A stretch of DNA of 64,000 nt, taken from positions 7,008,001-7,072,000 of the forward strand of contig CM119372.1 of the NCBI GenBank assembly GCA_051294905.1. The letters run 5' to 3'. Origin of the DNA: Botryllus schlosseri. Lineage: Eukaryota. A program made the translations under genes and the position numbers. Of this stretch, positions 27,043 through 39,900 are shown piece after piece. The notes under the pieces were generated by a model. It was not told the DNA's origin and did not search any database. It was given only the letters and a program-made list of their open reading frames with translations. Position 1 is the stretch's first letter, and each line of letters begins with the position of its first letter.

Positions 27043-30000
27043 TCGTAAGTTAACCACATTCATCACCCCTGATGGGAGGTTCAGATTCAAGAGGCTTCCA
27101 TACGGTATCGCCAGCGCACCCGAAGTCTACCAACGGAAAATGAATCGGGTGCTTGCTGGCATCCCCAATGTGATATGTCACATGGATGACATCATAATTG
27201 CTAGCTCACCACAGGATTACAATACCACCCTCGGACTTGTACTGGAGAGACTCCGAGATGAGGGAATTACATTGAATAAACACAAATGTGTCTTTTCACC
27301 GACTAAACTGGAATACCTTGGACATGTTGTTGGTAAGGATGGCATCGGCAAGGATCCTAAAAAGGTTGAGGCAATTGCCATATTCTCCGCTCCCTCAGAT
27401 GTTCCGGAACTGAAAAGGTTTCTGGGAATGACTAATCAGCTCATGAAATTCTCACCCAACCTGGCTGAGCTTACAAAGCCGCTGAGGGATCTACTGAAGA
27501 AAAACACTTCGTGGCTCTGGGGTCCTGTACAACAGCTGGCCTTCGACCAGGTTAAGGCAGAGCTGTCCTCGGATGTGACTCTTGCTATGTATAGCCCGGA
27601 TAAGGAAACTGTTATCTCCGCCGACTCCAGCAGTTATGGACTTGGAGCTGTGCTGATGCAACGCCAGGTAGACAACTCTCTCCGCCCTGTCGCGTATGCT
27701 AGCAGATCGCTGACTGAGACAGAGAGACGATACGCTGAAATCGAGAAGGTGGCCCTTGCTATAACGTGGTCTATGGAGAGATGGAAGGAACTCCTGATCG
27801 GCTTGCGTCAACTTCGCGTGGAGACTGATCACCAACCATTAATTCCACTTTTGTCAACTAAGACTCTTGATGAGCTTCTGCTCAGAGTGCAACGGTTTCG
27901 AATGCGGCTGATGAAGTTCAACTTCACCATATCTCATGTTCCGGAGAAACTGCTATATACTGCGGACGCATTGTCTCGTTGTCCGTTGCCAACTTTCGAG
28001 GACGTTGACGGCCTTCATAACGAGACAGAAGCCTATGTCAATGCCGTCACATCCAGCCTTCCTGCGTCTTGCAAATGGTTGGATGAAATTCGCTCAGAGC
28101 TCCAGAAAGATGACGTATTGCGCACAGTGATGCAATATGTATCCTCAGGGTGGCTGAAATGCAAAGAGACAGTGCATTGCCCACTTAGGCCATACTGGAA
28201 TGATAGAGCCTGTTTATCCACTTATGACGGACTCCTGCTTAAAGGGAATCGCTTGGTGATCCCCTGTACGCTGAGACAAGACGTTTTAAGATACCTTCAT
28301 GATGCTCAGCAAGGGGTGACAAAATCCCGACTCAATGCATCACAGTCATGCTGGTGGCCTGGAATTTCTAAGGACATTGAAGAAACCGTCAGAAATTGCG
28401 AAAAGTGCACGGAGCATCAGCGAGAAAGGGTGGAACCGATGCTGTCAGCATCCTTCCCAGAGAGACCCTGGTCCCGTGTTGGTGCCGACTTCTTTCAATA
28501 CCAGAATTCCATGTACCTGCTAGCCGTTGACTACTACTCCAGGGACATTGAGATTTGCATTGTCTCCAAATCAGTGAACGCAGCAGAGACGATTCTGAAA
28601 TTCAAGAAGATTTTCAGTAGGCACGGCATCTGCGAGACTTTGGACACAGATTGAGCACCTATGTTCTCTTCCCGTGACTTTGCGTCATTTTGCGAAAGCT
28701 GGAAAATTGAACACATCATGTTCTCACCTAGATATCCACAGGGGAACTCGGAGGCTGAGCGTGCCGTTCAGACCATCAAAAACCTTCTGCGAAAATGTGA
28801 CGATGAATATCTGGCGCTACTCACATACCGCAACACGCCATTGGCTATCGGCTACTCGCCGGCAGAATTGAGCATGGGCCGCAAACTAAGAACAAGAGTA
28901 CCGTGTCATCCAGACGATCTTCTGCCCAAGTCTGTCGACTAAACCGCCGTGAAGAAAGCCGAAGCAGATTACCGACGCAGAGTTACTCGTGATTACAACA
29001 AAAGACACAGAGTAGTACCTGGAGATGAGTTCAAGGTGGGAGATCGCGTCTGGATTCCGGACTGCAAATCGCAGGGTGTTGTAGAAAAACTTGACACTGA
29101 CACTCAACCCAGATCCTTGGTTATCAAAACTGGGCGTGGCACCTTCAGAAGAAATCGCCGAATGGTGCGAAGATACCAAACGGAGAATGCCCCGCAAGAA
29201 GGTGTCGACATTACCGCCAGTGAAGCAGCTGAATTCTTCAAATTTCCCAATCAGGGAGGAGATAGCAGTTCGAGCGCTACTAGTGTCGATCGTGATGACC
29301 ATCATGAGGCGGCGATAGTCCGACGGTCGGATCGGAACAGAACCGCACCTCGCAGATACATCGAGGAGTACTGATGTAATTATAGGAGTAGTGTGGGTAA
29401 ATATGTTGTGTTCTTCATTCACCTCTTGCCTGCCAATTGCTTTGTACCGCTAACTGCCTCAATTCGGATTGTTCATTGTCTTCATTCTGTGCTTGCGTTG
29501 TATAGGCTATGTTTGTGCTGCTTATAAGCTTTTGTACTTGTCCCGAGAAGGGAGATGTAGTGGTAGCTCTATGGCGCCACTAGGGTGTGACGACATCGCA
29601 TGTGCTTCGGTGCTTGGTCGTCACTGAATACATGGCTGCTTGAGAACTACACGTCTCGTATATTACACAGACCGTCAGTCACGTTACTACAACCACTGCG
29701 TTTTGAAATACTTTCAGGGTCAGACAAGGACCGTCCTAATAAAAACCTCTTCAACGCGCTGTCGCAATGTAGCTTGTCTTGGAGTGATGTTACGATATGC
29801 CGGCCTGCATCATGCATTGTAACTTCATGAAATCCGACACCCTGATGTTGGCTAATGAAGCTAATAAGTGTGACCCACAGATTAGCGGGTAAAATGGACA
29901 TTTGATCCGATGTCGCAGAATAATTGTAGTAATGTAAAATTACATCCTATACTAATCCAGTGGGTTCCAACCGGTGGGGAATTCCCAACTTGTGGGAAAT

Positions 30001-30869
30001 TTAGGAGTTTCTGGTAGGGAATATAGACTCACTTGTAAAAACCTCGTTTATTAAACATCAGTATGAAATGCTGATCGTAGCTCTAATATTTCTTAGCTCA
30101 TTTGCAGTTCAGCAATTCGTATTATCAGTGCCTCAAATTAACGAGAATCGACTGAACAGCGGTACGCGATCTCCCGCATATAGGTTGTTATTCATTCGTC
30201 TGCGAACTGGTGTGATGGAAATCATCTGAATCGTTAAAATAAGAGTTCATATCAGTGGCGGCTCGTTACAATATCGGGTGGTGGGGCAAGGGATGCGAGC
30301 GACTTTTTTGAACATGACGTCATGATGGCGTTTTCTAACTTGAAAAAGTAACTTTATGATGGTCACATGAATTTCCCGACAACAGTGATTTTAACATAGT
30401 GCCGCGAGAGGTTTGTCGGTGAGCTGTGACTTGAAATGTGGTAACAAATGTTTTATTCATTTTTTTTATTCAGAGGATTATTTCACAAAATGTACGTGAA
30501 CTAAGAATCGTCCCTATGCCACGAATCAATCATCAGGTCATCCTTAGTAGCATGCGTTATGACTTCGTGGTAGAGGTTGCAAATCGATTGGCCCTAGTTT
30601 TTCAAAGCCCGTCCGAAAGCGTTTCGTACACGATCCTGGTGTGTTACGACCAGGTGATAGGCAACCAAAGCGGTGGCACCCGGCATACGATTGGATCAAT
30701 GGACAATTTTTAAGTTTCGCTCCAAAGCAGGGATGGGCAAACTACGGCCCACGCGAAGGCATCGAGAAACGTGATCGAAATATTGATAACAATGTGCCGT
30801 TAAAAATCAAATTACTAGAGCGACTTGATTGAACTTTTTTAAATACATTTTATCGTGAAATTGATTAAG

Positions 30870-32090
30870 TTATAATCTTATTGTTACATTTTCTTATTTT
30901 ATTGTTAGTACAATAGCCGAACCACTGAGCTATATAAACATAAATAAACATAAATATAAATATAAACATATAACATATAAACATAAATAAATATAAACGG
31001 TAGTCCTTGAAATCAGACACCGCCTGGGCCATGTAAAGACTGAAGAGGCATGCGCAGCGCATGCACACTGAATGAAAAGTATAAGAATCTACTCGACTAA
31101 ACCTCAGGTCGAGGGGCTGTTACTATTTTGCAATCTGGTGTGGCAATTGTAATTTTCCATACATACGAGTCATCATACAAGGCGTGACTTCCGGTGCTGA
31201 GCAGGTTATAGCTACATTTAGTTTTCGTTCATTCACGATTTCACTCTCTCACCTAGTTATCAAATCGGCCTTCTTCTTTCCTTTCGTAGAAGCTTTCCGA
31301 AGTTTTAATTCAATTTTAGCGAGCTCAGAGTCCACGTAGAATATGTTGTAGCCATTATTTCTGTGGCATCCCGGGGTCTCTAGAATGTTCTGTATTTGCC
31401 GTTTAGAAATTACGTTGCACGTGATATGGCTGGAGACCGCGTGTTGACTTGGTTGATGGGAGAGTTGGCTGAGAGCGTGGCTGAAGCTGGATGTGAGTGA
31501 GAATGTCTCTGTGTTTGGTAGCGTGAAGTATGAGTAGTCTGGAACAGCAGCATGAAGTAGTTGTAGTATTAGACAGTTAGGGTGTCAAGTAGCAGGTAGT
31601 TGGCATTGTATTTGTAGGCTTGAGGTGGATGTATATCCTGTCGGAATCTCTGTTCAGATAGATTGACTGGGGCATGGAAAGATCACGGACGATGCTGTGC
31701 TAGCATCTGGGGAGTGATATTGTCCCGTAGTTAGTCCCTCGCCTGTAGATTGAAACGCCGCTGCTGGTGTAGGTTCAGGGTTAGCTGTCGGAATACGGTT
31801 TGTGTGAACTTGTGTGCTGTGTAGGCCTGTATGCTGTATCTGGTATTGTTAGGTCGTCTGTGTACGTTATCAGTTTGTATGTATCGCTGTGTATATTGTG
31901 TAATATGAGTCTAGTGTGAAACGCTGTTTTGAGTACTGTGTCGTGGAATATACTCTTATTATAACCGTATGGACTGGTGTACTGTGTTAGGCGTTTCGTG
32001 TAGCGAGCGCGCAGCAGGCGGCGATCGCAGAGAGACGAGGTCCGGAGCCCAGGAACACACCGGCTTCCCTGTTAGGTACGTGACGCCGTA
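30870..32090 (-). mobile_element. Probable non-LTR retroelement remnant (3' UTR plus low-complexity ORF1-like decay)
   Basis: 31005-31080 resembles the LINE 3' UTR at 25812-25879 (..ATGTAAAGA..GAGGCATG..CACACTGAATGAAA); AT-rich tail with AATAAA on the minus strand; no RT sequence seen. Confidence 0.35.
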
Positions 32091-34926
32091 TCAGGGTCGC
32101 TACATTTCCATAAAAATAACATTACGCAGTCGATGAAGTACCCCACAGGTTTATGTGGTAACGGCGGTTTACAACCAAAAGTCTGGCGACACCTAGTGAT
32201 TTGAAGGACCCTGGAAGATAACTTTTGGATTTCCACTAATCGTACAGTCGCTTTATAGCTAACTAACCTACGGAGGTTAGTTATCTATAGTCGCTTACGC
32301 AAAACATTTCCGACCACAGCCTCAGCGAAGCGGAACGAAGCTGCAAATCGGTCGTTGCCATTCCATGTTTGTTTAGTAAACATTGATTCCATTCGATACT
32401 GTTACTGTTAATTAATAGCGCCGTAAACTATTGCCGCACCAACTTGTTTTTGGTCTTTTCGGACCAAATGGCAGCCGCTGTGCAACATGGGTGTGACGAA
32501 ACAATTCCCCACACTTCTTGTCCTACATTCTTTGGCGGAGTTCATTACATCCTACAATCTCTATACTGCCATGACCTAAGTGAGTTTTGGAGGCTGTGTT
32601 CCCGTTCGATTCTGATGAAGAGGGTAGAAAAAAAAATGAATTTCCAATATAGATGCCAGATTACTCGACATTTGTAGACGTCGGTGATTCAACCAAAGGA
32701 GAGCAGCCTCGGAAATCCAGCCTCGGAAAATAATAAAGCATTGCACGCGCGCACACTCACGCGCTTCAATACCGTGTGGTAGATGCCAGATCAGCGCGCG
32801 TCTGTACTAATCATACTCATCTTCGCTAAATGAATTTCTAGCTTAATCATCGAGTGCCCACCTTGAAACTTGGCACAGTGTTTGATGATATCATTAAGGT
32901 GTACCATACAAAATTTCGTCACCCATCTCCTGATGGAACACCTTTAAAATTAACCCGGTACAATACCGACTTTTGCGTATAATCTGTTTTGCGGTAACCT
33001 AAGCACGCAACTAGACAATATACATACTCAACTTAAATGACCGAATTACCATGCCAATCATTGAGTGCCCACCTTGATACTTGTTACAGTATTAGCTGTA
33101 CAGTATTAGCTGACATCATTAAGGTGTACCACACGAAATTTTGTCACCTATTTTGTGATGGAATACCTTCAAAACCAACCCCACTCAAAATTGAATTTTG
33201 CGTGAAATATGTTTGCGCTAGCCTAGCACGCAACGATATGGGCTCAACTTAATGACGGATTTAACATGCCAATCATTTAGTGCCCACCTTGAAACTTGTT
33301 ACAGTGTTAGTTGATATTATTAAAGTGTACCATACCAAATGTTGTCACCTATTTCGTGATGGAACACCTTAAACATTGAAGCAGTCCAATACCAACTTTT
33401 GCGTAAAATCTATTTGTAGGCAGATTTCAGTTTCGTTGCAAGTGGTCGTTTTCAGATGACCGATAGTGACCTCTCTATCAAATGCTGCCGGTGCTCATCT
33501 CATTTTAGTTATAAAGTATTTATGTTGAGGAGAGAACGCAAGGTATTACACAATCTCAAATCCGCCATTCAAGTTTCAGGTTGGCAGCAACTGCTAGGTG
33601 ACTGCAAAATACCACCCGTCACATACCTACCATATACAACTAAACCCGTCACACACCAACCATATATCACCCGTCACAAAGCTCCCGTTGGCCTCCTGTA
33701 ACAATGCTACTGAACTCCTTTATTATGGTGTAACAGAAATGATCACCCAATGGAGGTGTTAATCAATGATCGGGCATTAACCAACATCTGAGGAGTCGAC
33801 CCCATATTGTGTAAAGGAAAAATGCTGTCCGGGGGCAGATTTGGCAGTGCCGTGCCAATTGATCGAAATAAATTTAAACTCGCTGTTGAAGATTTTTTCA
33901 AATCAAGGGAAATCAACTTCTCAATAGATCCCCCGAAGGAAATATGGATCTTTCTTGTAAGTAAGCTTTTCGCGTCGATTATTTCCAAATCGAAAGAGAA
34001 AATAAGAAATACCACGAGAAAATGTAGACACTTTTGGAATTCTACATACGGACTCATGGATTCCGAGAATAATACTACCCTAGACGCTTGCCAGGAATTT
34101 GAGAATCTCGCGACTCACGTCATCGATTCCAATATTGGAAAGAAAAACTCAGATAGTCAACAAGTAGATGCTTGTGAAACAAGCCTGGAAGAGGGAATGC
34201 GCAATAGGGCTCTTCAAAAATGACTTTTTTTCTCAAATCGTACTGGCTACTTGATAAAATTGTTAGGTTACCTAATTGAAGCCTACACACAAGATTTGAT
34301 TCAATTCCAGCCAGTAACCGCTTTGCTACAGGAGAAGAAAGTTTCTATTTATGATATAAAAATAAATAATGAAAAATTTGAAAATTTTCTATTTACCCCA
34401 TGAAAGTGTTACGGTGTCTATAGAAACGATGCTCACCAAATTTGGTTCAATTCCAACCAATGGAAGCAGAGTTATTGCCGTCGAAAAATTTGGATTTGAA
34501 TAAAATAGTATTTACGGTGACCGATTCTTTGTTTATTTATTATAGTTCTTCTCACCGTAAATACTATTTTATTCAAATCCAAATTTTTAATTTAAAGGTG
34601 TTCCATCATGAAATGGGTGACAAACTTTGGTATGGTACACCTTAATAATATCATCAAAGACTGTGCCAAGTTTCAAGTTGGGCATTCGATCATTAGTTTA
34701 GAAATTTGGTTAGCGAAGTTGATTATGATTAGCACAGACGCGCGCTGATCTGGCATCTAGCATACGGTATTGAAGCGCGAAACCGATTTTGCGCAAAAGT
34801 TGGTATTGCACTGCGTTAATTTTAAAGGTGTTCATCAGGAGATGGGTGACGAAATTTTGTATGGTACACCTTAATGATATCATCAAAGACTGTCCAAGTT
34901 TCAAAGTGGACACTCGATGATTAAGC

Positions 34927-35373
34927 TAGGCTTACCATACGTCCTCTTTTAAGAGGATTTGTCCTCTTTTTTGACTTTTTTGAAAGTGTCCTCGGAGGAC
35001 GCCCTTTTGTCCTCTTTTTTGAGATTTTGTCCTCTTTTTTGAGATTTAGAGCAGATTTTGAGCAAATTGCGAGTGATATGCCGCATATCAGCACAGAAGT
35101 GAAACTCCGACGGGTATTTCGGAGTGAAAAACGGTGTTTTTAGCTCTGGGCGAAAAGATGACCTTTTTTTTGTTTTAGTCATCCACCTGGCAATGTGGAG
35201 TAAAAAACGTTATTTTGAGCTCTGAGCGGAAAAGATGACCTTTTTTTTTTTTAGTCAACCGATCACAAAGTGGGGAAAGTTAACCAGTTTTTGAGAATTT
35301 CACTCCGGTTTTGCAAGTTGCAAATTTCTCAAAAAGTGTCCTCTTTTTTGATTTCCAAAATATGGTAAGCCTA
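34927..35373. mobile_element. TAGGCTTA-family MITE nested in the foldback arm
   Basis: TIRs TAGGCTTACCATA / TATGGTAAGCCTA; perfect TSD GATTAAGC. Confidence 0.9.
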
Positions 35374-36150
35374 GATTAAGCCAGAAATTCGTTTAGCGAA
35401 AATGAGTATGATTAGCACAGACGCGCGCTGATCTGGCATCTAGCATACGGTATTGAAGCGCGAAACCGATTTTGCGCAAAAGTTGGTATTGCACTGCGTT
35501 AATTTTAAAGGTGTTCCATCAGGAGATGGGTGACGAAATTTTGTATGGTACACTCTAATGGTATCATCAAACACTGTGCCAAGTTTCAAGGTGGGCACTT
35601 GATGATTAAGCCAGAAATTCGTTTTGCGAAGATGAGTATGATTAGCACATACGCGCGCTGATCTGGCATCTAGCATACGGTATTGAAGCGCGAAACCGAT
35701 TTTGCGCAAAAGTTGGTATTGCACTGCGTTAATTTTAAAGGTGTTCCATCAGGAGATGGGTGACGAAATTTTGTATGGTACACCTTAATGATATCATCAA
35801 ACACTGTGCCAAGTTTCAAGGTGGGCACTCGATGATTAAGCCAGAAATTCGTTTAGCGAAAATGAGTATGATTAGCACAGACGCGCGCTGATCTGGCATC
35901 TACCACACGGTATTGAAGCGCGAAATCGATTTTGCGCAAAAGTTGGTATTGCACTGCGTTAATTTTAAAGGTGTTCCATCAGGAGATGGGTGACGAAATT
36001 TCGTATGGTACACCTTAATGATATCATCAAACACTGTGCCAAGTTTCAAGGTGGGCACTCGATGATTAAGCCAGAAATTCGTTTTGCGAAGATGAGTATG
36101 ATTAGCACAGACGCGCGCTGATCTGGCATCTACCACACGGTATTGAAGCG
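35374..36150. repeat. Tandem array of near-identical 230-bp units (right arm of the foldback element)
   Basis: GATTAAGCCAGAAATTCG recurs at 35374, 35604, 35834 and 36064. Confidence 0.92.
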
Positions 36151-36985
36151 CGTGAGTGTGCGCGCGTGCAATACTTTATTATTTTCCGAGGCTGGATTTC
36201 CGAGGCTGCGATCCCCTTTAGTGGTGATTCAGGTTCGTGAAGAACAGAGATGTACCGGTATACGGTACCGTAGACCTGCCTATTAGACATGGGCTTAAGC
36301 GATATTTTGCAGTAGCAGTTACGAACTGCTACTTTCGGAATTTTTACTTTGATTTCAAACTGTTACTTTTTAGTAGTTATACTGGATGTATATATAGCCT
36401 GCGTAACAATTGACCGCTAATTTATTCGAAAAAACCCAAATGTTTTCTAAAGTTTAAAATTGATTACTTCTAAACTCGCCGATATCAAACCACAGCTTTA
36501 AACTAAATAACAATTAATTATGATTGAAGTTATGATCATACAGGCAGAGCCTTAAAACTTTTCCGTTCATCTTACTATAAGCCTGAAAAAAATCCTTTCA
36601 CGGAGTATAGTTACAGAAGTGCCCTCTGCCCCCAATGCCCTTCATGACAAATGTAGATCTAATTTTGCATCCGAATATGTCATTCACTCAAATCGGGTCG
36701 GGGTTGAGGATAAGTTAAACCGCTATTGTCACGAATGTGATGTGGTCTAGTTGAGACTGCACTGTAGTCTGTAGTGGCTCTGGTTTCTCGAATAATGAAA
36801 CACACTAGAGATAAATGTACTGAATGTCAAGGCTGTATGCGTAAGTGCTATTCTGTTAACTGTGATTTGGATTAGCCGGTAACTGCTACTGCTACTACAA
36901 AAGCTTGACTGTTACTTTTTAACGGTATGTTTTTTTTCACCTCTCTAGTACTTATGTATGTAGCGCATGCTCAAACTAAAAGGCT

Positions 36986-39900
36986 ATGACGAAAACTGCG
37001 AACAAGCACTCAACTCGTGCAACGTTGAAAAACAAACATGGTCATCTGCCGGCGATTCTGAGCACGAATGCGAAGATTTTAGTTGTAAGCATATTGCTAT
37101 GCGGCAGTGCTGCTGCGATCGCCATCTTTTCGACGTCCAACTCGGCAAGAACTGTAAGCATCGATACAGATTCCGATTTTAGATGTGACATACCATCCCC
37201 TTCAGTCCAAGATGTATATATGTGCGCTTTGTCTCGGTGTAGTTTTGATGTTACTCTCTGTTCGGAACAATGTCCATTTGGATTCGCCGCCGACGAAACA
37301 GGCTGTCCGGCAGGATGTGCTTGTGCCGGGGAGGGCATTTTCCAAGGCGACATTCAGTTTAAAGAGTTTGAAGTACCAAACATGATGGAGGAGTATGGTT
37401 ACATATCTACAGATGAAGACTTTGCTACGTATGTAGGATCCACTGTCAACGCATACGAAGTCTATGACCAGCAAATCGTTGGAGGGAAATATGTTGTTAA
37501 ATTTGATTTGGCAAGTAATATCGTGGAAGATGAGGACATGGAGTACTTGATTATGCATTAGCCTCTATTGAAGCTTTTAGTTGCATAAAATTCGAAAAGA
37601 TCACGAGCGGACATATAGGTACGCATTTGAAATTTCAAAAGGAATCTCTGTGTGCATCCCCCGTAGGCCGACAATGGGTCGAAAACGGAATGGCGGTTAT
37701 CAAACTGCATCCATTATGCAGTCTACCTACGATAGGGCACGAAATTCTGCACGCACTTGGATTCTACCATGAACATTCGCGCCCAGACGGAGATGCCTAC
37801 GTAGAAATTTATAGGGCAAAGATTAGGAAGAATGAACAACACAATTTTAGAAAGAAATTAAGGTATGAGGTTCAAGATTTCAACTCGAAGTATGATGTCG
37901 GTTCACGTATGCATTACGACGGGTCTAGTTTTTCAATAAACCGCTATGAAGATGTTATAAAGTCTTTCACTGGCGAAGTGCTAGGGGGTAGCGATTTCTC
38001 TACTGAAGATATTTATGAATTGAACGCTTTATATAAGTGTCCTAAAGTCACTTCTGGTGCAGCATTACAATGGAGCGCGTGGTAGCGTTGGGACCCGGGA
38101 AATCCCGATCCCGGGATTTGAAGCAATCCCGATCCCCGGATTGGTCCCGATGAAATCCCGGGATTTGTGAACAGCATCTACCAAGGCTTATGTAGCGCCA
38201 TATCTCTTCTTTTGGTAATAAAGCAGTGTCACAAACTCGACTGATTGTCTAGAACAGTGGCCTCAAACACGCGGCCCGCCAGAACTGTTTTTGCGGCCCA
38301 CGTCGGCGTTTTGATTTTTCAAGCATTCGACAATATTAAACTCGAAAATTTCAGATTTCGGATTTGAGAACTTGAAATTTCATCCTGAAACCACTCCAAA
38401 AACCTGAATCGCTATCACACATCAAACGTCCACTAGCTGCTAAATTATAATTCGACAGCTTTTACGATGACACGATGCACTTGTCGTCTCGCATGGTTTC
38501 TAACTGTCTATATAACTCCCTATGTCGCCAAATTATGCCAAGCACAACAATATTTTTAAAAAATATTGAAAAATATGACTTTTTCGTGCCAACCGTGAAT
38601 ATTACATTAGTGCAGCGGTTCTCAACCGGGGGTCCGCGGACCCCTGGGGGTCCGTGAAGCATTCTCAGGGGGTCCGCGAAGCCTCAAAATATTTGATAAC
38701 CTAATTTGTATTTTTTTAATTCGGAAAATCACGAGGCAGTTTCGCTTCATTACTAGTAAAACTCCAAAGCTCACATCAACAGAATAACCATCTGAGATGA
38801 AGTATTCTACTATGCAGACTCATATAAATTACTAAATTGCCTATACTGATACAAACATTTTGCTGTTTAGACATGTTTGTGGGCGATTGTGGAAAAAACG
38901 TTGGATGAGTAAAGTCAATCACGATGACTTAATAATGTTTACAAAAATCCATTTTTCCATAATAACTTCAAGATGAGCTGCTATATGGAAATGACCAGGC
39001 TTGACGTTATACGTTCAATAAATAAATTTGTTTGTCAATTTTGGTGCCACATTTGTAGCGATCATACCCAACTGTGTTGTCGGAAGCGTTACGCGTTAAT
39101 TTTACATTCACCACCACCTATATTTGTGGAAATGTATTTTCGGCACCAGTTCATATCAAATCGAAGGAGCGGATTTTCAAGAAACGACCACGTAGTTCCA
39201 AGAAACGCAGATGCAGAATTCGCTTTGAAATAATAGAAGACAACAAATTTTTTACATGATTAAAGGGATGGTGCTAACCCTGAAAGGTTTAGGTTCGTGT
39301 AAACGCGAACCTTTTTGAAAGATTCTATGTGAACGTGAACTTGAATCTAAGACGCCCCCCGAGAGTACGGTTTATCACCCTATGGGGGCCCAAGACCAAC
39401 GTTTGGGGGGGGGGGGCGAAGTGCTGTTACGTGCCTGCTTATGCCTTAACGGTTTAGGCCAGACCGGACAATGTATTCAGCGTCAGACTATTGCTACATT
39501 GATATTGAGCAGAGTGTAAACATGTTTCTATACTTGCTACCGATATCACTATACAATCATCAAGTTATACAGTAGCCAACACCCCAATCGCACAGATTTG
39601 GTTTTTATGATACAATAAACATATCAAATCAAGAGGGATCCGATACTCCTGGTAGATTGTTTACGTTAGACGACGATGTATCAATTTCATTGATTGGTGT
39701 AATGACTAATGAGCATCATTCGCTGACTACCTACATGTGGTGTATTTCGTTCTTGATGTTGTGTGATTGCGGGTAAAGCTCACAGTCGGAGTCTGAGTCA
39801 CTAAATATCCACTAACGATAAACTGAGCGAACGTTTGTAACAAAGCAAGTAAAGTTTTTGAGATTGGCAAGGTGCATGCTTGTTCAGCGTTGAATTTTTT

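Larger units (their letters stand above)
23893..29374 (+). pseudogene. Gypsy gag-pol, disrupted by frameshifts (~24570, ~25020), stops (28652, 28940) and a LINE insertion
   Basis: Gag with zinc knuckles (CKYCGKKH..C, CSVCEKTGHFETVC); protease VDTGAQVSV; RT LDANSGFYQI..LPYGIASAP..HMDD; RNase H ADSSSYGLGAVL..ETDHQPL; integrase CWWPGI..CEKC, PWSRVGADFF, AERAVQT. Confidence 0.93.
22405..29691 (+). mobile_element. Full-length degenerate Ty3/Gypsy LTR retrotransposon
   Basis: 136-bp TG..CA LTRs (5' LTR 22405-22496 + 23796-23839; 3' LTR 29556-29691); 5-bp TSD ACCAC; PBS TGGTGGCAGCG at 23840 (tRNA-Leu-like); PPT GAGAAGGGAGA before the 3' LTR; domain order gag-PR-RT-RH-IN. Confidence 0.96.
22255..29760 (-). 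pseudogene. Duplicate of the putative first exon of the TIR gene, split by the Gypsy insertion (pieces 22255-22404 and 29692-29760)
   Basis: Both pieces align with 21500-21720 (SALKRFLLGRS.SDPES.SKRSG..MGSQLSLFQSAFDDD plus donor GTTAGT); this copy has a frame-changing deletion before the donor. Confidence 0.8.
32692..36222. mobile_element. Foldback/MULE-like non-autonomous DNA transposon with modular long TIRs
   Basis: Perfect 9-bp TSD GGTGATTCA (32683-32691, 36223-36231); ends ACCAAAGGAGAGCAGCCTCGGAAATCCAGCC / GGCTGGATTTCCGAGGCTGCGATCCCCTTTAGT; arms built from inverted ~230-bp modules. Confidence 0.82.
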
